The translations under genes and the position numbers were made by a program. Positions 1 to 9,394 of a stretch of 64,000 bases of DNA are shown here, one piece after another (position 1 is the stretch's first letter; each line of letters starts with the position of its first letter). The notes below the pieces were generated by a model. The model was not told where the DNA came from, did not search any database, and was given only the letters and a program-made list of their open reading frames with translations. This stretch comes from Acidobacteriota bacterium (GTDB lineage: Bacteria; Actinomycetota; Acidimicrobiia; Spongiisociales; ZC4RG35), in the NCBI GenBank assembly GCA_022573225.1, contig JACZUI010000004.1, forward strand, positions 3,381 through 67,380. Direction: 5' to 3'.

Positions 1-743
1 ACCGAAAGAGTCTTCAACATCTGGTGAGCTTGGGGAGACAATTTCCGCACCCTGGTCATCACCGAGTCCTGAACCGAGGAAGGTATCGCCTCCCCATCAG
101 TGGACGCCATCTCGGTCACCAGGAAAGGGTTGCCATGGGTGGCGGCCAGAACCTCATCCGGATCCAGGCTCGAACCACCAATGATCGATGACACTGCCGA
201 CTTCGAGAGACCACCGAGCCGAATCCTCACCACGCTCTGCGGCGGAAGATCACCGATCACCTGTCGCAAAGGATGGTCGTAGTCGACCTCACCATCCCGG
301 TAGGTGAGAAGGAGCAGTCCGTTGGTCCTGGCGCTCCGGCGACCCAGATATTTGATGGCGTCGAAGGTCGCCTCGTCGGCCCAATGGGTGTCCTCGATCA
401 CCATGATGCTGGGGCGCAACGAGCGGGAGAGAAGGTCCAAGGAGGAGGCGAGCACCGCCTGCCGGTCACCTGTCTCGAGGGGCTGCGCCAGCGAGGGCTC
501 GTCGCGGGCGATGTCCCAGAATGGGCCCAGCGGCTGCGGAGTCAGCAGATCGTCACAGGCGCCAAAGAGAACATGCGCGCTATCGGCATGGGCATCAACG
601 AATTCCCTGACCAAAGAGCTCTTGCCGATCCCGGCCTCACCCCGAATCAGCACGACCTTCCCCCCGGACGAGCCGATATCGGCCAACAAGTCAGCCAGAA
701 GTTCGAGTTCCTTCTCCCTCTCCAAAAGCACGGTGTCGGACAC
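1..743 (-). CDS. AAA/STAND ATPase, probably LuxR-family (MalT-like) regulator; N-terminal part, runs off window
   Basis: Manual translation from GTG at 743: VSDTVLLEREKELELLADLL...KVVLIRGEAGIGKSSLV (Walker A), later VIEDTHWAD (Walker B-like). Confidence 0.8.
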   Translation of the reverse strand, partial: MSDTVLLEREKELELLADLLADIGSSGGKVVLIRGEAGIGKSSLVREFVDAHADSAHVLFGACDDLLTPQPLGPFWDIARDEPSLAQPLETGDRQAVLASSLDLLSRSLRPSIMVIEDTHWADEATFDAIKYLGRRSARTNGLLLLTYRDGEVDYDHPLRQVIGDLPPQSVVRIRLGGLSKSAVSSIIGGSSLDPDEVLAATHGNPFLVTEMASTDGEAIPSSVQDSVMTRVRKLSPQAHQMLKTLS

Positions 744-828
744 TACCAACGGTGTCAATCAGCAGACTCCCAGTGGCCCGTCTTACAAGCCACTAGCTAC
801 CGTGACGCGCCCGACGCGAGGAGCGGCG

Positions 829-1530
829 TTGTTTCCGTTGCGCGATGTCAACCCGACCCGGATCACACCCTGGGTGACACTCCTTCTCATTGCCATCAAT
901 CTCGGCATTTTCTTCCTGGTGCAGCAGCAAGGCTCGATCGAGGCTCAGCAGATACTCCTCTATGAGCGGGCCGCAATTGCCTGTGAAGTGACAACCGGCG
1001 CCCCTTTGAGCGTCGAGGAGATCATCCGCGACGTGTGCACTCCCGGAGCCCAAACGCCGGCCGTTCCCAACAAGAACGTGTTTCTGGCTCTCTTCACGTC
1101 GATGTTCCTCCACGGCGGCGTGGCCCATGTCGTTTTCAACATGTGGTTTCTGTGGATCTTTGGCAACAATGTGGAGGAGGCCTTCGGACACTTCGGGTAT
1201 CTGGGCATCTACTTGTTCGGCGGGTTGGTGGCGACCGCCACCTTCGTGATGATGAACCCCGCGTCCACGATTCCCCTCGTAGGTGCGTCTGGTGCGATCG
1301 CGGTCGCCTTGGGCTCCTATGCGATCCTCTTCCCCGGACACAAGGTCCTGTCGTTTGTCGGATGGCTGGTGGTGCCTATTCCGGCTGCATTATTCCTGGG
1401 TATTTGGTTCGTGTTGCAGTTCGGATTGGGGGGGACCGGAACGGCTTGGGAGGCGCACGTAGGGGGCTTCTTTTTTGGCGCTGCGGCCAGCCTGCTGCTG
1501 AGAAAGCGACTCCTGGCGCGGGTGGCTTAG
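829..1530 (+). CDS. Rhomboid family intramembrane serine protease
   Basis: SMFLHGG..H..FNMWFLWIFG, GASG catalytic Ser motif, AHVGG catalytic His; TTG start after GAGGAG. Confidence 0.92.
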   Translation: MFPLRDVNPTRITPWVTLLLIAINLGIFFLVQQQGSIEAQQILLYERAAIACEVTTGAPLSVEEIIRDVCTPGAQTPAVPNKNVFLALFTSMFLHGGVAHVVFNMWFLWIFGNNVEEAFGHFGYLGIYLFGGLVATATFVMMNPASTIPLVGASGAIAVALGSYAILFPGHKVLSFVGWLVVPIPAALFLGIWFVLQFGLGGTGTAWEAHVGGFFFGAAASLLLRKRLLARVA

Positions 1531-1583
1531 CGCCCCCCAACGCAAATACGCTGACGACCGTACTTACGTTGGAGAGCACTGAG

Positions 1584-2027
1584 CTACTCCCCGATGTCCT
1601 CATTCCACAGGTCGGGATTGGAATCAATGAAGGACACCATCATCTGGATGCAACTGTCATCGTCGACGACGACGACGTCTACGCCAAGAGACCGGAGGTA
1701 GTCCTCCGGTCCGCGAAAGCTCCGGTTCTCGCCGACGATCACCTTCGGGATCCCATAGAGAATCGCGGCTCCCGAGCACATGTCACACGGCGACAGCGTG
1801 GAATACAACGTTGCCTTGCGATAGGTAGATGCGGGTAGGCGACCGGCGTTCTCCAAGCAGTCCATCTCGGCGTGGAGCACGGTGCTCCCTTTCTGCACTC
1901 GCTGATTGTGGCCCCGGCCGATGATCTCGCCGTCGACCACCAGGACCGACCCAATGGGGATCCCGCCTGCAGCGAGACCGGTCTTTGCCTCGGCGATCGC
2001 GGCGACGAGGAATGGATCGTCACTCAC
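1584..2027 (-). CDS. Nucleoside/cytosine deaminase (zinc-dependent)
   Basis: HAE and PCDMC zinc motifs; resembles yeast-type cytosine deaminase. Confidence 0.88.
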   Translation of the reverse strand: MSDDPFLVAAIAEAKTGLAAGGIPIGSVLVVDGEIIGRGHNQRVQKGSTVLHAEMDCLENAGRLPASTYRKATLYSTLSPCDMCSGAAILYGIPKVIVGENRSFRGPEDYLRSLGVDVVVVDDDSCIQMMVSFIDSNPDLWNEDIGE

Positions 2028-2120
2028 ATGGCAGAGTCTCCCATACCTTTCCGTCGACCATGATGCTGCCCACTCCATCAAGCGAAACCGAGCTTCAGCC
2101 CAAACGCCCTCCCGATTTCC

Positions 2121-2142
2121 TGTCACACCCGGCCGATATCTT
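2121..2142 (+). promoter_or_regulatory. Putative PafBC/RecA-NDp-type DNA-damage promoter
   Basis: TGTCAC-N10-TATCTT, matching the TGTC..-N10-TANNNT geometry; ATG 7 nt downstream; lies upstream of adnAB. Confidence 0.55.
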
Positions 2143-2149
2143 GATCACC

Positions 2150-2281
2150 ATGAGCAACGACACAATCGAACCGCAGCCCCTGATCGACCCCTTTGATGAT
2201 CCGGTCACTTACCTGGCCCAGTTCGGGCTGAGCGCCGAGCTGGTGGTTTTCGAAGAACTCGCACTCCCCCTCGCCGCCTGA
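2150..2281 (+). CDS. Small 43-aa acidic hypothetical protein ending in LPLAA
   Basis: MSNDTIEPQPLIDPFDDPVTYLAQFGLSAELVVFEELALPLAA; leaderless position after -10; GC-rich third codon positions. Confidence 0.6.
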   Translation: MSNDTIEPQPLIDPFDDPVTYLAQFGLSAELVVFEELALPLAA

Positions 2282-2297
2282 TCCCTACGATCGGGCC

Positions 2298-5249
2298 GTG
2301 CCAGTGAGGGAGTTCCGGGTCAAGCCGGACCAATGGGGTGAGCGGATCGAGCAAACCGACGGTCCGCAACTCGTCGTGGCCGGCCCGGGAACCGGAAAGA
2401 CCGAGTTCCTCATCCGCAGGGTGGCTCATCTGGTCAACTCCGGGCAGGCCAAACGCAGTGAGATCGCCGTTCTCACCTTCTCCCGGCGAGCCGCTGCCGA
2501 CATTCGCCGCCGGGTCGACGAGACCCTCGGTGGCTCCGGCATGCCCGTCGAGGCTGCCACCTTCCATTCCCTCGCCCTCCGGATCCTCGAGCACAGCTCC
2601 GGGGACCGCCCGGTTCCCCTAACTGCCCCCGAGCAGGTGGGCCTGGTCCAAAACCTCCTCGCCAAGGAAGATCCTGACAACTGGCCGGTCACCTACCGGA
2701 GCATCCTCACCGGCCCGGCTTTCGCCGCCGAGATCGCCGATTTCCTGATGCGCTGCTCGGAACGGCTTCTTTCCCCCGACGACCTCCTGGAGCGCGCCCA
2801 AGGAAGGGCCGACTGGAGGGGAATCCCCGGTCTCTTCGACCGCTACCGGGCCGCCCTCATAGAGTCGGGCCGAACCGACTATGGCACCCTTCTCGTCTCC
2901 GCCGTCGCCCTCCTCGACTCCACGGATCGAGAAACGGCCGCCGACTATCGCTATGTCATCGTCGACGAATACCAGGACACCTCTCTAGCCCAGGCCACCA
3001 TGGCGGGTCTCCTCGCCAAGCCCCACGGCAACCTGACTGTCGCCGGCGACCCCTACCAATCCGTCTACTCGTTCCGTGGCGCCGAATTGCGCAACGTGGC
3101 CAACTTCGCGAAGGAGCATCCTGACGTCATCCGGATCGTCCTGACTCACAGCCTTCGGGTGCCGAAGGAGATCCTCGACTCCGCCCTCAGGGTCGTCCAT
3201 TCCGGAAGCCTTCCCGGGTCGGCAGGCGCGGTGACACCTGCGGCCCATCCCGGCCGAGTCGAGGCCTACATCTTCGATCAGGAGACGGCCGAAGCCGAGT
3301 GGATCGCTCGAGAGGTAGAACATGCCATCCGCGTGGAGGACACCGCTCCTGGCGAGATCGCGGTTCTGGTCCGGTCGAAACGAGAACTGCTCAACGAGCT
3401 CAGTCGCGCGTTGGCCCGAAGAGACATCCCCCACGATCCGCCCAACTCCCGTCTGGTCGACCACACCGCGGTGCGGCTCGTCGCGGACCTGATCACAGTG
3501 GCTGTCAAAGGCGGCAGCATCGGAACCGTCTCGCCTTCAGAGGCCTTGGAGGCGGACCGGGCGATGAGAAGAATTCTCCTCGGCCCCATCGTCTCGCTAA
3601 CTCTCGGCACAGAGCGCGAGCTGATGCGGAGTCGCCGACGCACCTCGCAACCGTGGTCGACCGTGGTCCGAGACAGGCTGCCCGATCATCGCGACTTGGC
3701 CCGACTGATCGCCGACCCCGCGTGGGCAACGGACCAGCCGGCCGTCGATGGCTTCTGGGAGGTGTGGACCGGCCTGTCACGATTCGCCCGAATCGTGAGC
3801 GATGAGCACCGAGGCGAGTGGCGAAGGGCGCTTGCATCGTTCACCCAGGTCCTGGGGCGTCAGGCCGAGCGAGACCCCGACCTGTCCCTCTCCCGCTTTT
3901 TCGAGCTCGCCGAAGACGAGACCTTCGAACCGACCCCACTTCTCTCCTATCGGCCGGAATCGGGCCGAGTCGCGTTGACCACCCTCCACCAGTCGAAGGG
4001 TTTGGAGTTCGATCTCGTCTTCATCGCCAACGCAGTCGAAGGTGTCTTCCCTGATCTGCGCAGAAGCCGGCGAATGCTTCGGCCCGAGCTCCTGTCACCC
4101 GAACGCACGACCAACCCAGCGGCACAGCACATCTTCCAGGTGCAGGAGGAGATGCGTCTCGCCTACACGGCGATGACCCGCGCCAGGCGAAGAGTGGTGT
4201 GGACCGCGACCGACGCCGGTGTCGATCAGGGTGAGCGACGCCCTTCGCGTTTCCTTGTCGCCGCGGCCGGAGTCCCCTCACTCAGCGAGATCGGAACGCC
4301 GGAAGAAGCCCGCGGCGAGCCGGTGACGGTAGGCGAGTTCGAAGTGGCATTGAGGCGGCGGCTCGGTGATCCGAGTGTTGCGACGGTCGACCGGATGGCC
4401 TTCGCCCACCTCCTCGGAACCGCCCCGGGGGAGGCGTGGGAACCGGTACGGTTTGCAGGAGTGGCCGCTCCTGGTCCCGACCGGCCCATCCTGGGAGAAG
4501 AGATCCGCCTCTCCCCCAGCCAGGCCACCTCCTATGCCTCCTGCCCGCGGAGGTATGCCCTCGAGCGAAGACTTCGCCTGGGTGACGCCGGCTCCCCTTA
4601 CGCCCACTTTGGGACGCTGGTGCACGATGTCCTGGAGCGGGCCGAGACCAAGATCCTCAACACCGGCCAAATCCACGCCAAGCTGCCCGACGTCCTCAAA
4701 GTCCTAGATGAAGTGTGGGCCGAGGCCGACTTTGGCTCACCCGAGTTGAACGTCGCCTGGCTGAGAAAGGCGGTGGAGGTCTTGACCAAGTTGTACGAGA
4801 ACTGGCCCTCCACCGGGATCCCCGTCGAGCTGGAAACGCGGGTAGACGCCGAGATCGCCGGCATTCCGTGGATGGGGAAGATCGACCGGCTGGAACGGAC
4901 GCCGGATGGCCTGAAGGTTATCGACTACAAGACCAGCACCAGGGCGGCAACCAAGGATGAGGCTGCGATCTCGGTGCAGCTCGGTTTCTATGTGATCGCA
5001 ACACAAGAGACCCATGACGAAGAAGTAGAAGGGGCCGAGATGTGGTTCCCCCGGACCAAGGCCCAGTCGGTCACCACACCGAAATTGGACCTAGACCGCC
5101 TCGAAGAGATCGAGGAGCTGATGGAGACGATCACAGGTGCGATCGCCGCCGAGATGTGGGAGCCTCGGGTCAACGACCGATGCGACAGATGCAGCTTCCG
5201 ACTGTCCTGCCCCGCTTGGCCCGAAGGGCGAGGGGCCTTCATCCCATGA
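2298..5249 (+). CDS. adnA: AdnA-like UvrD helicase fused to a PD-(D/E)xK nuclease
   Basis: AGPGTGKT, VDEYQD, GDPYQSVYSFRGA, TLHQSKGLEF, YTAMTRA; C-terminal GKIDR..IDYKT with 4 Cys. Confidence 0.88.
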   Translation: MPVREFRVKPDQWGERIEQTDGPQLVVAGPGTGKTEFLIRRVAHLVNSGQAKRSEIAVLTFSRRAAADIRRRVDETLGGSGMPVEAATFHSLALRILEHSSGDRPVPLTAPEQVGLVQNLLAKEDPDNWPVTYRSILTGPAFAAEIADFLMRCSERLLSPDDLLERAQGRADWRGIPGLFDRYRAALIESGRTDYGTLLVSAVALLDSTDRETAADYRYVIVDEYQDTSLAQATMAGLLAKPHGNLTVAGDPYQSVYSFRGAELRNVANFAKEHPDVIRIVLTHSLRVPKEILDSALRVVHSGSLPGSAGAVTPAAHPGRVEAYIFDQETAEAEWIAREVEHAIRVEDTAPGEIAVLVRSKRELLNELSRALARRDIPHDPPNSRLVDHTAVRLVADLITVAVKGGSIGTVSPSEALEADRAMRRILLGPIVSLTLGTERELMRSRRRTSQPWSTVVRDRLPDHRDLARLIADPAWATDQPAVDGFWEVWTGLSRFARIVSDEHRGEWRRALASFTQVLGRQAERDPDLSLSRFFELAEDETFEPTPLLSYRPESGRVALTTLHQSKGLEFDLVFIANAVEGVFPDLRRSRRMLRPELLSPERTTNPAAQHIFQVQEEMRLAYTAMTRARRRVVWTATDAGVDQGERRPSRFLVAAAGVPSLSEIGTPEEARGEPVTVGEFEVALRRRLGDPSVATVDRMAFAHLLGTAPGEAWEPVRFAGVAAPGPDRPILGEEIRLSPSQATSYASCPRRYALERRLRLGDAGSPYAHFGTLVHDVLERAETKILNTGQIHAKLPDVLKVLDEVWAEADFGSPELNVAWLRKAVEVLTKLYENWPSTGIPVELETRVDAEIAGIPWMGKIDRLERTPDGLKVIDYKTSTRAATKDEAAISVQLGFYVIATQETHDEEVEGAEMWFPRTKAQSVTTPKLDLDRLEEIEELMETITGAIAAEMWEPRVNDRCDRCSFRLSCPAWPEGRGAFIP

Positions 5250-8200
5250 GCGTCCCGGTGCCTACACCCGAGCAGCAAGACGTCCTCGACATCGGTCTCG
5301 ACAGTATCCGGATCCGCGCCGGCGCCGGGACCGGCAAGACCACCACCGTCGCCATGGCCATCGCCAACCTGGTCGAGAAACACGGTGTCGAGCCGGAGCG
5401 CATCCTCGGGATCACGTTCACCAACAAGGCCGCCTCCGAGCTGGCCGACCGGGTCCGCGCCATGCTCGGTTCCGCGGTCGACGAGGGCCGCCAGGTCGAG
5501 GTCCACACCTATCACGGCTTCGCTGCGCAAGTCCTCGCCGAGTTCGGGGCCCTCGTCGGTGTCGACACCCGAGTACGGGTCATCACCCCTACCTTCTCCC
5601 GCCAATTGCTCGCCGAGATCGTCTACAACACCGGCTACCGATACCTCGACATCACCAACCCCCGTCCCATCGACAAGGTTCGGGTCCTGGGAGACCGCCT
5701 CGCCGACCATCTGGTCAACCCCGAGGATCTGATGGCAGACGCCGAACTCGACGACGAGGTGTGGGCGCAGCGAGCCGAACTGGTCGAGACCCTCTCCCAC
5801 TACCGCACCGAGAAGAAACGTCTCGGCGTGGTCGACTACGGCGACCTCATAACCCTGTCGGCACAACTGATGACCGACCACCCCGAGCTGGCGGGCACGA
5901 TACGAGCCAGATACCAGGCGGCGGTCCTCGATGAGTATCAAGACACCAACCCTGCCCAGCGTGTCCTCCTCAACACCATCTTCGACGATCAGTTTCCGGT
6001 GGTCGCCGTCGGAGACGAGGACCAGACCATCTACGAATGGCGCGGAGCGACACCAGAGAACTTCGAGTTGTTCCCCGAGCATTTCAGAACTCGAAGCGGA
6101 GACGAGGCCCATAGGAAGGGTCTGACGCTCAATCGGCGGTCCGCACAGATCATCCTCGATGTGGCCAATCTGATCCGGAAAAAGGGGAATCCCGAGGCCG
6201 ACGAGCTCACGGCGTTCGACCCAGAGAAGAAAGGCCAGGTCGTCACCCATTGGGCGGCCGATGCCATTGCAGAGGCCGACTGGATCGCCGAGCAATTCGG
6301 TCGTTTCCACGACGATGGGCTGGATTGGTCGGACATGGCCGTTTTGTTCCGCAAGAACAAGGACTTTGCCGTCGTGGTCGACGCGATGCGCACGGCCGAC
6401 ATCCCCGTGGAGGTGGCCAACCTGGGAGGACTCCTGTCGGTGCCCGAAGTCGCCGAGGTGCGGGCCTGGCTGACCATCCTCGAACACCCGGCCCACTCGT
6501 CCGCCCTCACCCAGATCCTCTTCGGAAGCCGTTACCGACTCGGGCTCGCCGACGTGGCCCCCTTGACCAAGTGGGTGGGAGGAGCGCAAACCGATGATGA
6601 CAGCGAGGATGTGCCCGCGGTCAGCATCCTCGAGGCCATCGAAAACCTCGACGGCGTGAGCGGCCTGCGGTCCGAAGCTCGCCAAGCGCTGAGCCACTTC
6701 CTCGGCTGTTACAAGGAGATCCTCACAGAGAGTCAAGGCGCCAACCTGGTTGAAACGTGTCGGCTCATCCTCGACCGAACCCGAGCCTGGCAGGACATCG
6801 AATCGCTGCCCGCTACCCAACGACTGACCGCCCGTCTCAACCTCTACCGGCTGCTCGATCTGGCCGAGGACTGGAGCCCTCTCATCGGGAGGACCTCACT
6901 GCACGCCTTCCTCGACTACCTCGAAGCAATGGAAGGCGAGCCCGCCGAGGAACTCGATGTGGCCCATCTCTCCGGCGAAGACGCGGTAACCCTGGTGACC
7001 GTGCACCGGGCCAAAGGCCTCGAGTGGGAGGTGGTCGCGATCCCGGCCGTGGTCGAGCAGAACTTCCCAGGCAAGTCATCCCAACATCCCGATCCGATCA
7101 GGTTCGCCGAATACCTCCCGCCGGATCATCGGATCGACAACGCCCTTGTCGACATGCCGGCCGACGAGAAGGACCGCAAGGAGTTCTTCAAGGAGCAGAA
7201 CACCAGGCAGGAGTGGAGAGTGGCCTACGTCGCGACTACTCGGGCCAAGTCGAAGCTGCTGGTGAGTGGCGCCGACTGGTACGGGCTTCCCGAGCCGAAC
7301 AAGAGGCGGAAGAAGCCGTCCGAGCTGTTCGAGTTGGTGGCCGCCCAACCCGGGGTCGAGGACGGCGGCCACGCCGCCGAGACTCCCCGACCCGAGATCC
7401 TGAGACGCGAGTCCGGGGAAACGACTCCCGACCCCCTCTTTCGCGAAGGTTGGGAAGATGCCTTGCGGAGGGTTGCAGCCAACGGGCAGGCCATGCACTC
7501 GTTGGCGCGAGAACTGGGGTTGAACGAAGAATTGGATCGAAAAGTGGAAGATCTCGCCAAAACCCTCTTCACGCTGGAGGAGTCCCAACAACCCGAGCCG
7601 CAAGAGCCAGACCGGGTGGTCTCGGTCACCGGTCTGGTCACCTACGCCGGCTGTCCCAAGCGCTACTACTGGTCCGACGTCGACCCGCTACCCAGACGCC
7701 GCAATCCTGCCGCGGTTGCGGGAACGGAGTTGCACCGCCGCATCGAGCTCCATCACCGGGGTCAGGTCCCGTTCGAGGAATTCGAGCCCGACCTCTACGA
7801 CGCTCCAGATGAGTCGACAGGGCCAGGCGGGTTCACCACTTTCAAGGAGTCCCGCTTCGCCACCGAATCGCCCGCATTGATCGAAGCACCATTCATCCTC
7901 AAGCTCGATAGCGGATACCGGGTCAGGGGTCGGATCGATGCCATCTATGTCAAGGACGACGAGTGGGAGGTCGTGGATTTCAAGAGCGGACGGCCCAGCG
8001 GTGATGATGCGCGCATCGTCCAGTTGGAGGCCTACGCCTTGGCCGCCCAGCAAGCCGACCTGGGCATCCCCAAGCCGGCCTCCACCCGAGTCACCTTCGC
8101 CTACCTCGGAGGCGGGCTCACCGAGGAGAGCCATCAGGCCGACGAGGGGTGGCTTGCCAATGCAGATGAGCACCTCAATGCGTTGACCAACTCGATAGAC

Positions 8201-8296
8201 GCGACCGAGTTCGAGGAGCGGCCGGGGGATCGATGCGGGAGTTGCGACTTCCTTCGTTTCTGCGAGCCGGGCCAACAGTGGATGTCCGATTCGTGA
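5246..8296 (+). CDS. adnB: AdnB-like UvrD helicase fused to a PD-(D/E)xK nuclease
   Basis: AGAGTGKT, LDEYQD, GDEDQTIYEWRGA, HRAKGLEW, YVATTRA; GRIDA..VDFKSG; ATGA overlap with adnA. Confidence 0.88.
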   Translation: MSVPVPTPEQQDVLDIGLDSIRIRAGAGTGKTTTVAMAIANLVEKHGVEPERILGITFTNKAASELADRVRAMLGSAVDEGRQVEVHTYHGFAAQVLAEFGALVGVDTRVRVITPTFSRQLLAEIVYNTGYRYLDITNPRPIDKVRVLGDRLADHLVNPEDLMADAELDDEVWAQRAELVETLSHYRTEKKRLGVVDYGDLITLSAQLMTDHPELAGTIRARYQAAVLDEYQDTNPAQRVLLNTIFDDQFPVVAVGDEDQTIYEWRGATPENFELFPEHFRTRSGDEAHRKGLTLNRRSAQIILDVANLIRKKGNPEADELTAFDPEKKGQVVTHWAADAIAEADWIAEQFGRFHDDGLDWSDMAVLFRKNKDFAVVVDAMRTADIPVEVANLGGLLSVPEVAEVRAWLTILEHPAHSSALTQILFGSRYRLGLADVAPLTKWVGGAQTDDDSEDVPAVSILEAIENLDGVSGLRSEARQALSHFLGCYKEILTESQGANLVETCRLILDRTRAWQDIESLPATQRLTARLNLYRLLDLAEDWSPLIGRTSLHAFLDYLEAMEGEPAEELDVAHLSGEDAVTLVTVHRAKGLEWEVVAIPAVVEQNFPGKSSQHPDPIRFAEYLPPDHRIDNALVDMPADEKDRKEFFKEQNTRQEWRVAYVATTRAKSKLLVSGADWYGLPEPNKRRKKPSELFELVAAQPGVEDGGHAAETPRPEILRRESGETTPDPLFREGWEDALRRVAANGQAMHSLARELGLNEELDRKVEDLAKTLFTLEESQQPEPQEPDRVVSVTGLVTYAGCPKRYYWSDVDPLPRRRNPAAVAGTELHRRIELHHRGQVPFEEFEPDLYDAPDESTGPGGFTTFKESRFATESPALIEAPFILKLDSGYRVRGRIDAIYVKDDEWEVVDFKSGRPSGDDARIVQLEAYALAAQQADLGIPKPASTRVTFAYLGGGLTEESHQADEGWLANADEHLNALTNSIDATEFEERPGDRCGSCDFLRFCEPGQQWMSDS

Positions 8297-9348
8297 CGGC
8301 CCTCGCTCCCATCGTGGGGTACCTGATCGGTTCGCTGCCCACCACCAACGGGATCGCTCGCCTGTGGGGAGTGGACTTGAGATCCGGAGGTACGGGGAAC
8401 CCCGGGACCAACAACGCAAGACGGCTCGGCGGGTATGGGCTCGCCGGAATCGTTCTCATCGTCGAGGTGGGAAAGGGAGTCCTAGCGGTGTTCGTCGGGT
8501 TCCAACTGGGCGGTGATCTTGGCGCCGCCCTGGCAGGGATCGGTGCCGTGGCCGGGAACGTCTACAAGGTCTGGTACCGGTTTCGGGGTGGGAAGGGCCT
8601 CGGCATAGCCGGAGGCGTCCTGCTCGCGATCTGGCCACTGGCTTTTCCGATCATGGTGGCAGTCCTCGTCCTCGCCACTCTTGTGACGGGATCCTCGGGT
8701 CAGGGGGCGCTGATCGCGCTGGTCGGCGTGCTCATCCTCTCGATTGTCTGGACTGTCATCGGGTGGTCGACCGGTTGGGGTGCGAGCGACACGAGAGTCC
8801 TGATTCTCCTCAGCGCCGGGTTCGGGGTGACCCTCGCGCCGAAACATCTTCACGACGCCCGGAGCCCGGCAACTCCTAGTGGCCTCTCTCATCGGAGTGC
8901 CCTCTCAGAGGATCTTTCCTTCCCGGGCCTCGATGATCAGGGTGACCGGTCCATCGTTGACCAGGCTCACCTCCATGTGAGCGCCGAACCGGCCGGTCGC
9001 GGTGGGAACTCCCCGATCGTTGAGAACTTCGACAAACCGATCGATCATCGACGCGGCATGCGCCGGGTCGCCTGCCCTCGTGAAAGACGGGCGCCGACCC
9101 TTCCTGATGTCGCCATAGAGGGTGAACTGGCTCACCACGAGCGCCTGACCGTCGACGTCAGACAACGACAAGTTCATCCGGCCGTCTTCATCGGCGAAAA
9201 CCCTCAAGCCCGCGATCTTCTCGGCGACGACGATGGCCTCGGCCTCACCATCGGAGTCCTCCATGCCCACCAACAGCAGAAACCCGCGGTCGATCTCCCC
9301 CACCACCGTCGAGTCGACCATGACCCTGGCCCGAGAAACCCTCTGTAG
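8293..9348 (+). CDS. plsY: Glycerol-3-phosphate acyltransferase PlsY; ORF runs on antisense into dtd
   Basis: GYLIGS, DLRSGGTGNPGTNNARR, FRGGKG motifs; homologous region ends near 8880 but first in-frame stop is at 9348. Confidence 0.82.
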   Translation: MTALAPIVGYLIGSLPTTNGIARLWGVDLRSGGTGNPGTNNARRLGGYGLAGIVLIVEVGKGVLAVFVGFQLGGDLGAALAGIGAVAGNVYKVWYRFRGGKGLGIAGGVLLAIWPLAFPIMVAVLVLATLVTGSSGQGALIALVGVLILSIVWTVIGWSTGWGASDTRVLILLSAGFGVTLAPKHLHDARSPATPSGLSHRSALSEDLSFPGLDDQGDRSIVDQAHLHVSAEPAGRGGNSPIVENFDKPIDHRRGMRRVACPRERRAPTLPDVAIEGELAHHERLTVDVRQRQVHPAVFIGENPQARDLLGDDDGLGLTIGVLHAHQQQKPAVDLPHHRRVDHDPGPRNPL

Positions 9349-9360
9349 GACAATACGCAT
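8905..9360 (-). CDS. dtd: D-aminoacyl-tRNA deacylase
   Basis: MRIVLQRV, SQFTL, GRRPSF, NDGPVT. Confidence 0.95.
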   Translation of the reverse strand: MRIVLQRVSRARVMVDSTVVGEIDRGFLLLVGMEDSDGEAEAIVVAEKIAGLRVFADEDGRMNLSLSDVDGQALVVSQFTLYGDIRKGRRPSFTRAGDPAHAASMIDRFVEVLNDRGVPTATGRFGAHMEVSLVNDGPVTLIIEAREGKIL

Positions 9361-9394
9361 CGGCGAGATTGTGCCAGGCCAATAGAGTGACGCC

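Noticed and set aside
4988-6820. 610-aa minus-strand ORF, and similar long ORFs such as 21500-22762, 34317-35516 and 41601-42563
   Set aside because: Antisense shadows of well-supported genes; expected in high-GC DNA; no motifs
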